Assembly (NCBI GenBank): GCA_035266345.1
Contig: DATFNP010000042.1
Location: 9,660 to 73,659 of the forward strand
Length of the DNA stretch: 64,000 nt
Direction of reading: 5' to 3'
DNA from: Candidatus Sulfotelmatobacter sp.
GTDB lineage: Bacteria; Acidobacteriota; Terriglobia; Terriglobales; Acidobacteriaceae
A program made the translations under genes and the position numbers. The notes below the pieces were generated by a model that saw nothing but the letters and a program-made list of their open reading frames with translations, had not been told where the DNA came from and did no database searches. This document shows, in pieces, positions 34,001 through 42,814 of the stretch. The stretch's first letter is position 1. Each line of letters opens with the position of its first letter.

Positions 34001-35183
34001 TGATTCCCCAATAGCCGGAAGCAACGGGATACATGGCGCCGCTCATCCCCTGAACATTTCCGCCGGTGCAGGGCGCGGCGGTTGGCAATTGAATTGAGTT
34101 ACAGAGGTAGCGGATCACGCCATCGCGCATGGCCACCGTTGGGATGGAGCGGACGACGCTGTGCTCTTCCCGTTGCCGGGTGCCTTCGTAATTGAGAAAG
34201 AAGAACGAGCGGTCCTTCTTCATCGGGCCGCCCACGGAGGCGCCAAAGATGTTGCGGTTCAGCTTGAGGGGCTTGTTGGGCTGGCCGTCGAGCAGTTCCG
34301 CGGTCTTGACCAGATAGTCGTTGGCGCTGGTGAAGGTGTTGCGCAGGTATTCGTAGGCCGTGCCATGAAACTGGTTGGTTCCGCTCTTGGTGACGAGAGC
34401 GACCTGCGCTCCCGAACCCTGGCCTTGGTCGGCGCCATAGTTCGTGGTCGTGACGCGGAATTCCTGCACGGAGTCGAGCGTGACCGGCAAGACCGAGGTA
34501 AAGGCGTAGCCGTTGGCTTGGTCGTTGACGTCCACGCCGTCGAGGGTGATGTTGGACTGGTCGCTGCGGGCTCCGTTGACGGCGCCGTTGCGCGTGTCCT
34601 GATCCTTATCGAGGTCGGTGCGATTGCCGGTGTAGGCGACGCCGGCCTGCAGGCTGAGCAGGTCAGGGACGTTGCGCCCTTCGAGCGGAATCTGGCGTAC
34701 CTGGGTTTCGTCGAAGGAGTTGCCGATGGAAGCGTCCACCAGGTTGAGGGCGGGTTGCTCGGAGGTCACGTCCACCGTTTCAGTGGCGCCGCCAACCTTG
34801 AGTTGCGCGTTGATGGTGGCGGGCGTATTCACCAGAAGCTGTATGCCGGCGATCTGGTAGCGCTGGAAGCCGGTGGCGGTCGCCGTGAGCGTATAGGTGC
34901 CGGGAGGAACAAACAGGAATTGGTATTCTCCCTGGTCGCCGGTGGTGGCGGCTCTCTCCGTTTTTGACTCCGGGCTGGCCAGCACGACCCGAGCGCCCGC
35001 CACGGTGCTGCCGCTGGGGTCGGTGATGGTCCCGCGGAGGGAAGTGCTTGCCTGCCCCCAGGCCGCGTTGCTGAATAAAGCAATACCTGTCAGGAGAAGG
35101 GGCGCGAGGAGGATGCGCCGGAAGCGGGGGCGCGAAATTGAAACACCGCACCGGGTAGAGGACAGCGAGTGCCTTCCAACCAT
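31071..35183 (-). CDS. TonB-dependent receptor with N-terminal carboxypeptidase-regulatory-like domain
   Basis: 1370 aa. Signal peptide. GTITDPSGSTVAGARVVL..GEYQFLFVPPGTYTL (CarboxypepD_reg). Terminal aromatic residue (..ALRYEF) typical of OM beta-barrels. Confidence 0.9.
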   Translation of the reverse strand: MVGRHSLSSTRCGVSISRPRFRRILLAPLLLTGIALFSNAAWGQASTSLRGTITDPSGSTVAGARVVLASPESKTERAATTGDQGEYQFLFVPPGTYTLTATATGFQRYQIAGIQLLVNTPATINAQLKVGGATETVDVTSEQPALNLVDASIGNSFDETQVRQIPLEGRNVPDLLSLQAGVAYTGNRTDLDKDQDTRNGAVNGARSDQSNITLDGVDVNDQANGYAFTSVLPVTLDSVQEFRVTTTNYGADQGQGSGAQVALVTKSGTNQFHGTAYEYLRNTFTSANDYLVKTAELLDGQPNKPLKLNRNIFGASVGGPMKKDRSFFFLNYEGTRQREEHSVVRSIPTVAMRDGVIRYLCNSIQLPTAAPCTGGNVQGMSGAMYPVASGYWGISPYTGQGPNNLQTLDPLGIGPSSVMLNYFNQNFSNLVTNDFSVGDGLNYSGYRFRAPVKADNNVFIAKLDFHLDAAGKHTLFWRGALQNLSNPQEPFLPGTVPEQTIADHSKGLVLGYTAVLSSSMVNNLRWGFTRQSFGVVGDTNAQWNTFIGLDQGLAFSHNLQLPVNNFVDDFSWTKGTHSFQFGGNIGLTRNPRVSYLHSSNFTLGTSSWMSPTGIADSASPMDPTNLKLPGGLTAPEVDLSFKSGYDRPLIGLMGIVSDFVGQYNFDKSGNLLGQGSPVDRRYALNWYEMYAQDSWRAKQNLTVTYGVRWSLFPPPWETNGLQSASSFSLGKQFDTNVANMKQGMGYTSEPSIAFVPGGPVNHGPEFYHLSKTNFAPRISIAFSPRPTTDLGRKMFGDSDKTSIRGGFGLVYDRPGFQLLNSFDQYSPGGFGYTLQNTCCQVGVDDVGDLPRISNLNVIPPNLQLNLMGQPPFLTPAPSFSQKDIPFNSEANLWAVDDTLKTPRSYAVDFSIARELPGHYALQISYIGRFGGKLLTQRDLNQPLDIVDPKTGIDYYKAATALSQLARSNPGQFANSSTYQAFLATVTDAAIGPTAAYWHDVLPGLTNGASSYATYCSGGNVPTPGSAGLMQGVYDVYYNPNCAYVGNEIVGLADIDLYGYLGDNGIHTPYTNPLFFNGPLNFQGTGQGKYLNNQAISAFAWSTVGHSNYNALQASLRKQFSNGLQFDLNYTYSKSLDDTSTAARVGFALVGYQNIGLVGSRLENAFSPDSQYAVSDFDMTHQINANWLAELPFGKGKRFASSAGPAAEALIGGWQLTGVARWTSGLPFSVDVGQNWPTDWQYTGLAQLVGSKPHTGVYRQSNGSVTIFSNPSASQAEFVIPFPGSGASRNVLRGQGYAGLDLGLSKRWRFRETQSVQFTWQVFNVLNLVRFNAQGVGSAVTSIEQAPTQFGTYSSLLTYPRVMQFALRYEF

Positions 35184-35340
35184 GGCGTCACCTGTTCGTT
35201 TGTGATCTAAGAAGCCCGAGCAACATTACTAGAATTGCGGAAGGTTACGACCGGCAGAACAGGACTGTCAAGAGGGAAATTCTTATGGGCTGGATCACTC
35301 AGTGAGCATTGGCTGAGAGTTCATTGCCGGGAGTCGGCTG

Positions 35341-36369
35341 CTACTTGATCTGAACCAGTTCGGCCGCTGGGGCCGCTGCGGGAACCGCTGCAGCCGCATG
35401 CTGCGGGGCGCGCCAGGAATCGAAGATCGAAACCTGGTGTACGCACGACACAGTGCAGTGCGGCGCGCAGGATTTCTCGGTGCGGTATTCGCGGCGGAGG
35501 TCGTCGCGAGTGTAGGTGGCGAGGGGAACTCCGGGGTATCCGCGCTGCTGCGAGCAGTAGTGAACCAGCCCATCTTCGCAGATGTAGAGATAGCGCGCGC
35601 CGGCGCGGCAGCGCCAGTCATTGGGCAGGCCCTTGGCGATATTGTCCTGAAAAGCATTGACCCGGGTAAAGCTGCCTTTCTCGAGCGCCTGCATTTCATG
35701 GTAGATGCGGCGTTCTTCCTCGCCCAGCGGCTGCAACTGGCCGCTGCCGTCGTGGATGATGCCGATGGTCGAAGTGAAGCCGAGTTCAATCGCGCGCTTA
35801 CCGATCACAAGCGCATCCTGCGGATGTGTGATGCCGCCGCCGACTACGGAATTGATGTTCACGTGAAAATCGGCATGCTCGGCCAGCAATTGCAGTTTCT
35901 TGTCGAGGACCTTTAGGCTCTTCTTCGAAACTTCGTCGGGATTGACGTTGTCAATGGAGATCTGCAGCCACTCCAGCCCGGCGCGATTCAGGCGCTGGAT
36001 GCGCTCGGCGACCAGCAGGTAGCCGTTGGTGATCAGTCCGGCAATCATGCCGTTGGCACGGATGCGGCGGATGACGTCGTCGAGTTCGGGATGCATTAGC
36101 GGCTCGCCGCCGGAAATCGTGATGACTGCGGTGCCGAGCGCGCCCAGCTTGTCAATGCGCCGGTGCATTTCCTCGATCGGCACGGGCTTCGAGAAATCAT
36201 CGAACTCGTTGCAGTAGGTGCAGGCCAGGTTGCAGCGGCGCATGGGAATGATGTGCGCCAGCAGCGGATGGTCGGTCGAAGCAAACGCGCGGATGGCCAT
36301 GTCGGCCCCGCGCAGGTTGCGGTGCAGAGCTTTGGCGCGGCGGCGCAGGGTGGTCAGGACAGATGGCAT
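35341..36369 (-). CDS. Radical SAM domain protein
   Basis: CNLACTYCN CxxxCxxC cluster motif, followed by the [13 protein letters not shown] glycine-rich SAM motif. Confidence 0.85.
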   Translation of the reverse strand: MPSVLTTLRRRAKALHRNLRGADMAIRAFASTDHPLLAHIIPMRRCNLACTYCNEFDDFSKPVPIEEMHRRIDKLGALGTAVITISGGEPLMHPELDDVIRRIRANGMIAGLITNGYLLVAERIQRLNRAGLEWLQISIDNVNPDEVSKKSLKVLDKKLQLLAEHADFHVNINSVVGGGITHPQDALVIGKRAIELGFTSTIGIIHDGSGQLQPLGEEERRIYHEMQALEKGSFTRVNAFQDNIAKGLPNDWRCRAGARYLYICEDGLVHYCSQQRGYPGVPLATYTRDDLRREYRTEKSCAPHCTVSCVHQVSIFDSWRAPQHAAAAVPAAAPAAELVQIK

Positions 36370-36505
36370 TGGTTAGTGGCTAATTGACTATTACAGCACA
36401 AGGTATGACCAAGCGCACGCGCGGCCGCAGCGTTCGGGGAAATTCGCGAGCCGAACGGTGAAAGATTTCAGCGATCCGATATTGAAATCTCTGGGGCGGC
36501 AAAAC

Positions 36506-36925
36506 TCAGGATTCATCGTTTGGCCCGAGTTCGTGTCCTGCCTGCTGCAGAGTGCTGATTGCAGCTTTAGCATTCTCTTCCTGAATCAGCACGTAATCCG
36601 TGTCGTAGGTCGAGATGGCGAAGATGGGGACACCATTCGCCGAAAGTGGCTCGATGAACGAGAGCAGCACTCCGGTCTGCGAGAAGGGGAACGGGCCTTC
36701 GAGTTTCAGGCAGGTCCAGCGGTGCGGCGAATGTGCGTCGGCCGGAAGGTTATCGGCGGGGCAGACGATGGAAAGTTCGTCAGCGGTTCGGGTGATGGAG
36801 GTGAACTCGCCTTTCGTGGCCCACTCGGGGATAGGCAAGGCGGGGGCGAGGCGTACGATCGCGTAATAACCGGGAAGCCGGCGGAATTTGAGTTGTTGGC
36901 GAGCTTCTCGGTTTGCGGCAGTCAT
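36506..36925 (-). CDS. ACT-domain protein (CASTOR/ACT_7-like)
   Basis: YAIVRL...FTSITRTADELSIVC...WTCLKLEGPFPFSQTGVLLSFIEPLSANGVPIFAISTYDTDYVLI. Start taken at the internal Met (MTAANRE). Confidence 0.7.
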   Translation of the reverse strand: MTAANREARQQLKFRRLPGYYAIVRLAPALPIPEWATKGEFTSITRTADELSIVCPADNLPADAHSPHRWTCLKLEGPFPFSQTGVLLSFIEPLSANGVPIFAISTYDTDYVLIQEENAKAAISTLQQAGHELGPNDES

Positions 36926-37048
36926 AAGCTGGCGAACGCCAAACAGCAGGTTTCTCGAGTCGCCGTCGCATCCGCTCCGGCTCGCTCGAAATGACAAGCC
37001 TTTAGGGCAATTCGAACTCCTATCACCCAAGACCTACCGCCGCTTGGT

Positions 37049-37606
37049 TCAGCTCCTGATTGCAGCCGGTGGGGCCGCGTACGGGCTGGAGTCGCGGTAG
37101 CGTTTTTCAAATTCTTCCCGGGTGCAGATCGTTTTGATATCCGTAACGCGGTCAATGGCGAGGATGCCGTCGAGATGATCCATCTCGTGCTGCAGAAGTT
37201 CGGCTAAATTACGGTCGTCACCGGCTTCGAATTCGAGAGTCTCGCCGCGAAGATTCTGATAGCGGACGTTGATGTGGCGGTAGCGTTCCACTTGCATAAA
37301 AATCGAGAGAAAACTCAGACAGGCATCCCACACCACGACTTTTTCCGGGCTGTATTCAATGATTTCCGGGTTGACCAGCGGCCAGGGCTCGACCCCCGGG
37401 AGCTTGAGGAAGATGACGCGCTGCAGCACGCCGAGTTGAGGAGCCGCGAGGCCGCGTCCGTAGCCCGTGGTTGCCCGCCAGTGCGCCAGCGTGTCGGTCA
37501 TGTCCCGGACCAGGTCGTGGATTTCCGGAGCCGTGGGGTCCTTGACCAGCAAGGACTTTTTCCGCAGCAGCGGGTCGCCGAGTTGGAGGATGGGGCGGAT
37601 GGGCAC
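37049..37606 (-). CDS. def: Peptide deformylase
   Basis: GLAAPQLGV, ACLS (EGCLS position) and QHEMDHLDG motifs. Confidence 0.9.
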   Translation of the reverse strand: MPIRPILQLGDPLLRKKSLLVKDPTAPEIHDLVRDMTDTLAHWRATTGYGRGLAAPQLGVLQRVIFLKLPGVEPWPLVNPEIIEYSPEKVVVWDACLSFLSIFMQVERYRHINVRYQNLRGETLEFEAGDDRNLAELLQHEMDHLDGILAIDRVTDIKTICTREEFEKRYRDSSPYAAPPAAIRS

Positions 37607-37632
37607 GTCAGCTCTCAGTTATCAGTTCTTGC

Positions 37633-37806
37633 TCACGAACCTCGCTTATCCTCCGGCCACGTGAATTGAAGCACGATACAGATCACCAGGGCCAGCAGGA
37701 AATCCGCGAACCGAGGATGGGCCGGCCATATTTTCTGCGCAAAACCGAGCCACCACGCCAGCATGGCTGCGATCGTCGCCACGGCGGAAATCTTCAGGGT
37801 CTTCAT
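37633..37806 (-). CDS. Possible small membrane protein (57 aa)
   Basis: MKTLKISAVATIAAMLAWWLGFAQKIW..FLLALVICIVLQF has two hydrophobic segments. Below the ORF-track cutoff. No homology evidence. Confidence 0.3.
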   Translation of the reverse strand: MKTLKISAVATIAAMLAWWLGFAQKIWPAHPRFADFLLALVICIVLQFTWPEDKRGS

Positions 37807-37908
37807 GCCGGATAACAGCTGAGCCGCAGGGCGCCTGTGATTTTACAACATCCCGAGTAGCCGCATGCCGGGGGCGCTCCGACTGGACGGCGGTCTCTAC
37901 GTAAGCTG

Positions 37909-38922
37909 CTACCGCGCAGCAGCGGCGTCGAACAGGCTCAGGAATTCGACCTTCTTCTCTGCCGGAAGGAAAGACGCTTCGAAGGAATTGCGGGCGAGTT
38001 CACGCAGGTGCTCGTCGGTAAAGCCAAAGGTGTCCTGAGCCAACTGGTATTCGCGCGAGAGCGTGGTGCCGAACAGCGCCGGGTCGTCCGTGTTGAGCGT
38101 GATCATCACGCCCTGATCGAAATAGTTGTTCGTGGGATGATCGGTGACCGACTTGCACACTCCCGTGCGCAGGTTGCTGGTGATACACAGTTCAAGGGGA
38201 ATCTGCCGCTGGGCCAATTCTTCCATCAGGTCGGCGTCCTGCGCAGCGGTGAATCCATGGCCAATCCGCTCGGCGCGCAGATTAAGCGCTCCCCAGACGG
38301 ATTCGGGTGGCCCGGTTTCTCCGGCATGGGCAGTCAGGTGCAGGCCGTTGTCGGCGGCGTATTCGTAGACACCGCGGAAGAGTTCCGGTGGGGCCTTCTG
38401 TTCGTCGCCGCCAATGCCGATGCCGATGACGTTGCGGTCCTTGTAACGCACGGCCAGTTCGAAGACTTTTTGAGCTTCCTCAACGCCGAAGTGGCGGGTG
38501 GCGTCGAAAATCCAGAGCAGAGATACGCCGAAATCGCGCGCGCCGCGGGCACGGCCGCGCTCAAGCCCTTCGAAGATAGCGGCGAAATCATGCTTGCGGA
38601 TCAGGCAGACTCCGACCGCTACGTAAACCTCGGCGTGCAGCACGTTTTCTTCTTTCAGGCGCTGCATGAGACGGAAGGTCGCGAACTCATAGTCGTCCGG
38701 GCCGCGCAGGTGCGCACTCACTTCCTTGAACGCCATGAGGAAACTGGGGAAATCAGAGTAGCGGTAAAGAGCCTCAGTCTCGGCCAGGGAGGTGTGGTCA
38801 CCGTGGCGCTGGCGAAGTTCGAGGAGCGTCGCGGGCTCGACCGCGCCCTCCAAATGCAGGTGCAGTTCCGCCTTGGGGAGCTGACGGATGAATGCATTGG
38901 GCGGGCGGTCTGCGGCGGTCAT
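37909..38922 (-). CDS. add: Adenosine deaminase
   Basis: LPKAELHLHLEG, HAGE, SLNTDDP-like ITLNTDDP motifs. Start at the internal Met (MTAADRPP). The upstream part of the ORF overlaps the neighbouring gene. Confidence 0.9.
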   Translation of the reverse strand: MTAADRPPNAFIRQLPKAELHLHLEGAVEPATLLELRQRHGDHTSLAETEALYRYSDFPSFLMAFKEVSAHLRGPDDYEFATFRLMQRLKEENVLHAEVYVAVGVCLIRKHDFAAIFEGLERGRARGARDFGVSLLWIFDATRHFGVEEAQKVFELAVRYKDRNVIGIGIGGDEQKAPPELFRGVYEYAADNGLHLTAHAGETGPPESVWGALNLRAERIGHGFTAAQDADLMEELAQRQIPLELCITSNLRTGVCKSVTDHPTNNYFDQGVMITLNTDDPALFGTTLSREYQLAQDTFGFTDEHLRELARNSFEASFLPAEKKVEFLSLFDAAAAR

Positions 38923-38965
38923 GCATTTGATTGTAGATTCTTGCGGCGGGATTTGCGAGGCGACG

Positions 38966-40760
38966 TTACGGACTGGCTGGACTTTTTGATGCGTCGGGAA
39001 CCTTCGGCAAGTCATCACGAATTCCCAAGTCAACAATATCGCCCGCGTAGCTTGCGTCCGACGGAGGACGGTAACGGATGACCGTCCGCATGCCCTCCAA
39101 GTGATGGCAAAGGCTAAAGTGGTCCTCGCCATACCAGATCGTGTCGGAGAAACCGGCGACATACGCGCCCTTCCGGTGAAAAGTGAGCGACTGACCGTTG
39201 TGGTTAAGGACAAACGCCCACCCCTGATCGGCACAATTGACAGACTTCACCGTGCCCTCGACGGTTTGCGTGTCTTTCGGCACCATTTCCAGAATCGATT
39301 CTCCGGCGGGACGCTCCTCTGCCGGCACGCCATTCCAAAGCTCAACCGCCTCGTCGTGGTCCGGGCCAACCCAGCGGTCGGCAACGAACTTAGCGGCAAC
39401 GGCGGCATCAGCGCCCTTTCCCATGCGGCGCAGAATCTGGCCGGTCAAAAGGTGATACCCAGCGCGCGAAGGCTCCAGTTCTTCCGCTTTGCGGGCCGCC
39501 GTAAGGGCGGAAGAGAAGTCGTTCTCCCGCAACGCAAGCCGCGCCAGTTGAACGTATGCTGGTGCAAAATCGGGATTCAACTGCAACACCTTCCCCAGAG
39601 CGGCTCCGAATGCGTTCATGTCATCGACGTTACCTGAAGTCGCCAGTGGCGAAAGCATGGTCTTGTCGAACAGGGAGAGATAAAGAGTGCCGTCCAACGC
39701 ATAAGCCTGCGCAAATTCCTCTGCGGCTTCGGCGTCTTTTCCGTCCGCGAAATCGAGGAACCCCATATTCTCGTGGGCGAGACCAAGTTTGGGATCGCTC
39801 TTGAGCGCCTGCTCGACCAGAGAGCGCGCGACAGGAAAGTTGTGAATCCAAAGGTGGTAACCGCCAAGCTCGGCCTCCGTTTCTGCGACACTCATGGTCC
39901 GGGACACGAAAGCCTTCTCATCGATTTGCGGGTCGCTCTTCAGCACGGTTGTGGTGAATGTGGGCTGTAACATGTAGGAAGCCAATGCCTTGTCCAGTCT
40001 TCGAAAGTCGCCAAAGACCTGCTGAAACGCCTTCTTCTGCTCGATTCCCTTCCCAAGCAGGTCAAGGAACTGGTCGAGCTTCTTCCCTCCATCCATGCCC
40101 GGCCCGTAGATCAGGAGGTGGACCAAAGCCCACGACTCCGCGTAGAAAAACTCGCCGTTATAAGATGGAGAAAGATCGCTCATGGTAATCATCTTCTCGA
40201 TCGGATCTGGCGTTCTGCTACGCAGCTCCAAGAAACGCACAGTCGGGGCACCGAGGTAAATCTTGTGTCCCTCAAAACGGGTGTAGCCGTAAAACTCCGC
40301 CGTTCCCTCGTCTAACCACAGCAGGATCCAACGCAAGTTCAAGTGCTCAATGGTGTGCGCGTATTCGTGATACACGACTTCCTTAGCTCCGTTGCCCGCC
40401 GAAAGCATCGAGGCGGATAAGAGCGTGCTGTTTCTCCCAACCATGATGGAACTCGCCCGCCAGGTCGTTCCCCATTCTCTTCCAAACAAACGGCTCCAGT
40501 TTCTTGGCGGTTTCCTCATCGCGGGTGGCGAAGATCAGCAAGGGCGCGCCCGACTCCAAGCGGGCATCCCCAAAGCGATTAGAAAAAACGTAGCGCAGTT
40601 GCTCAAACTCGTAGAGAACCTTGCGCCCGTCGGCTGCGCTGCCGTTGGTGAGCACCCGGAAATGAGGACTGCGCAATTCCGTCCATGGTTTTTCGCCAGC
40701 GGAGGCCGAGGTTGTCCAAAGGGTCAGCAGAAGAATGACGATAGCGAGGCGGGGATTCAT
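38966..40760 (-). pseudogene. Secreted HExxH (peptidase MA-like) protein with C-terminal TPR repeats, interrupted by a frameshift near 40385-40410
   Basis: ORF 40383-40790 (signal peptide MNPRLAIVILLLTLWTTSASA) and ORF 38966-40519 (VVYHEYAHTIE, TPR-like C-terminus) overlap in different frames and read as one protein across ..IRLDAFG / GNGAKEVVYHEYAH. Confidence 0.65.
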
Positions 40761-40773
40761 CTCATTAGACCAT

Positions 40774-42342
40774 CTACACTCTCTTCGCAAACTCGCTGCG
40801 GTGGCGGCTATAGAAGAGGTAGATCAGCAGGCCGAGGCCGAGCCAGATCACGAAGCGCAGCCACGTAATCAGGGTAAGCCCGAACATGAGGCCGCCACAG
40901 AGCAGCACTGAAATCAGCGGGAACCAAGGCACAAACGGGACCCGGAATGCACGCTTGCGATCGGGCTGCCTGCGGCGGAGCAAGATCACTCCCAGCGAAA
41001 CGAGAACAAAGGCAAACAGCGTCCCGATGTTGGCGAGGTCGGCGGCATCTCCAATGTCCACGAGGCCGGCGGGAATTCCTACGGCGAAACAGGCGATCCA
41101 GGTGGACCAGTACGGCGTCTTGAATTTCGGGTGTACCGCGGAGAACAGCTTGGGCAACAAGCCGTCGCGGGACATGGCGTACCAAATGCGTGCCTGCCCG
41201 TACTGAAACACGAGCAACGAAGAGATCATGCCCGTCAGCGCTCCGATCACGATGACCGAGCGGAAGAACGGGTGCACGCCCAGATACTTCATCGCGTAGG
41301 CCACGGGCGCTTCCGCGGCTGCACCGGAGACGAAGGTCGTGTACTTCATCATGCCGAGCAGTACGACGGCAACGCCGACATAGAGCAGCGTGCAGACCAC
41401 CAGCGACATGATGATGCCGAAGGGTAAATCTTTTTGCGGATTGCGCGATTCCTCGGCCGCGGTGGAGACCGAATCGAATCCGATGTAGGTAAAGAAAACG
41501 ATGGCCCCTCCGGTGACGATCCCGGCAAAGCCAGAGGGAGCGAAGGGCACCCAGTTGGCGGGCTTCACCAGCATTCCACCGACGACCAGGAAGGTCAGGA
41601 TGGCGCCGATCTTGACCGTCACCATGATGTTATTGGTCTCCGCCGACTCCTTCACTCCGCGCACCAGCAGCAGCGTGAGAATGAAAACGATGAGGAAGCC
41701 GGGAAGATTGAAATAGGCGCCCGTCCATTGCCCGCCGGCCCAGACCGGACTGGCAAATTTTTCCGGCAAGTTGATGCCGAACACCGCCAGTTGCGCTTTT
41801 GTATAACCGGCAAAACCAACCGCGACCGCGACGTTCGAGACAACGTATTCGAGGATGAGGTCCCAGCCGATGATCCAGGCAAAAATTTCGCCGAGCGTAG
41901 CGTACGAGTATGTGTAGGCGCTGCCAGCGATGGGGATCATCGAGGCCAGTTCGGCGTAGCACAATCCGGCGAAACTGCAGGCGATCGCTACCAGGAAAAA
42001 CGAAATCGCAATGGATGGCCCGGCGGGCGGGCGTCCGTGCATGAGCGCTCCCGCAGTGCTGCCGGTGCGCAGGAAATTCACGATCACGTCGAGCGCCTGC
42101 GCATGCAGAAGGGATGGGACCGGGAAATTTTCGCCAGCGGCAGCGGTACCGGTAAGGATGAAGATTCCCGAGCCGATGATGGCGCCGATACCCAGCGCGG
42201 TCAGCGACCAGGGGCCCAGTGATTTGCTGAGCCGGTGTTCCGGGTGCTCGGAGTCGGAGATCAGCTTGTCAATGGACTTGCAGCAGAACAGCTGGTTGCC
42301 GGAAGTGCGGATAACGGCAGCGGGTTCCGTGGGTTGTGACAA
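40774..42342 (-). CDS. Amino acid permease (APC superfamily, cationic amino acid transporter-like)
   Basis: GIGAIIGSGIFILTG and 12-14 TM segments. Confidence 0.92.
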   Translation of the reverse strand: MSQPTEPAAVIRTSGNQLFCCKSIDKLISDSEHPEHRLSKSLGPWSLTALGIGAIIGSGIFILTGTAAAGENFPVPSLLHAQALDVIVNFLRTGSTAGALMHGRPPAGPSIAISFFLVAIACSFAGLCYAELASMIPIAGSAYTYSYATLGEIFAWIIGWDLILEYVVSNVAVAVGFAGYTKAQLAVFGINLPEKFASPVWAGGQWTGAYFNLPGFLIVFILTLLLVRGVKESAETNNIMVTVKIGAILTFLVVGGMLVKPANWVPFAPSGFAGIVTGGAIVFFTYIGFDSVSTAAEESRNPQKDLPFGIIMSLVVCTLLYVGVAVVLLGMMKYTTFVSGAAAEAPVAYAMKYLGVHPFFRSVIVIGALTGMISSLLVFQYGQARIWYAMSRDGLLPKLFSAVHPKFKTPYWSTWIACFAVGIPAGLVDIGDAADLANIGTLFAFVLVSLGVILLRRRQPDRKRAFRVPFVPWFPLISVLLCGGLMFGLTLITWLRFVIWLGLGLLIYLFYSRHRSEFAKRV

Positions 42343-42375
42343 ACGGTTGTGGTCTCCTGAACTCAGCTCTCACCT

Positions 42376-42534
42376 ATCAGCACTCAGCATTCAGCCAGTT
42401 ACCGTTCCTGCAGGTCCAAAGAAAAAGCTATCTTCTGGCCTTAACCCTGGCCATTAGCACTTAGCATTTAGCTCTTCTGCGTTCCAGTAATCTACCGGGA
42501 ACATATCGGGGCTGAATGCCAAGTGCTGAATGCC
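42376..42534. repeat. CAGCAYT-type heptamer-periodic repeats in inverted orientation
   Basis: ATCAGCACTCAGCATTCAGCC (42376-42396), ATTAGCACTTAGCATTTAGC (42453-42472) and the inverted GGCTGAATGCCAAGTGCTGAATGCC (42510-42534). Confidence 0.65.
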
Positions 42535-42538
42535 GCCG

Positions 42539-42700
42539 CTACCGTTTCGCCTGGCCGCGAGCCAGTTTCTTGACCTTGGGCTTTTTCGATCCGCGAGGAT
42601 AATCGCGGGGCTTAAGCGGCTTTTCCGCCTTGCGTTTCTTGCGCGAGGCGCGTTTGGCTTTCTTGCGTTCTTCCTTGGTTAACTTTGTTGTGTTTGCCAT
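42539..42700 (-). CDS. Possible small highly basic protein (53 aa)
   Basis: MANTTKLTKEERKKAKRASRKKRKAEKPLKPRDYPRGSKKPKVKKLARGQAKR. Below the ORF-track cutoff. It sits between two repeat hairpins. Confidence 0.4.
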   Translation of the reverse strand: MANTTKLTKEERKKAKRASRKKRKAEKPLKPRDYPRGSKKPKVKKLARGQAKR

Positions 42701-42710
42701 GAATCCTTTT

Positions 42711-42812
42711 GAATTGGGTAATTTGCTAATTGAGAAATTGAGTAATTTGAGAACCCGCCAGGCATCTCCCCGGAAAATTTCCTAATTACTCAATTCCCCA
42801 ATTAGTCAATCG
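42711..42812. repeat. AATTGAGT-type octamer-periodic repeats forming an imperfect hairpin
   Basis: GAATTGGGTAATTTGCTAATTGAGAAATTGAGTAATTTGAG (42711-42751) versus the inverted CCTAATTACTCAATTCCCCAATTAGTCAATCG (42781-42812). Confidence 0.65.
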
Positions 42813-42814
42813 CT

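Noticed and set aside
34161-34967. 268-aa plus-strand ORF and several others within 31252-35205
   Set aside because: They are antisense or alternative frames of the 1370-aa TonB-dependent receptor gene.
38008-39081. 357-aa plus-strand ORF
   Set aside because: It is antisense to adenosine deaminase (HLHLEG, HAGE, NTDDP motifs on the minus strand).
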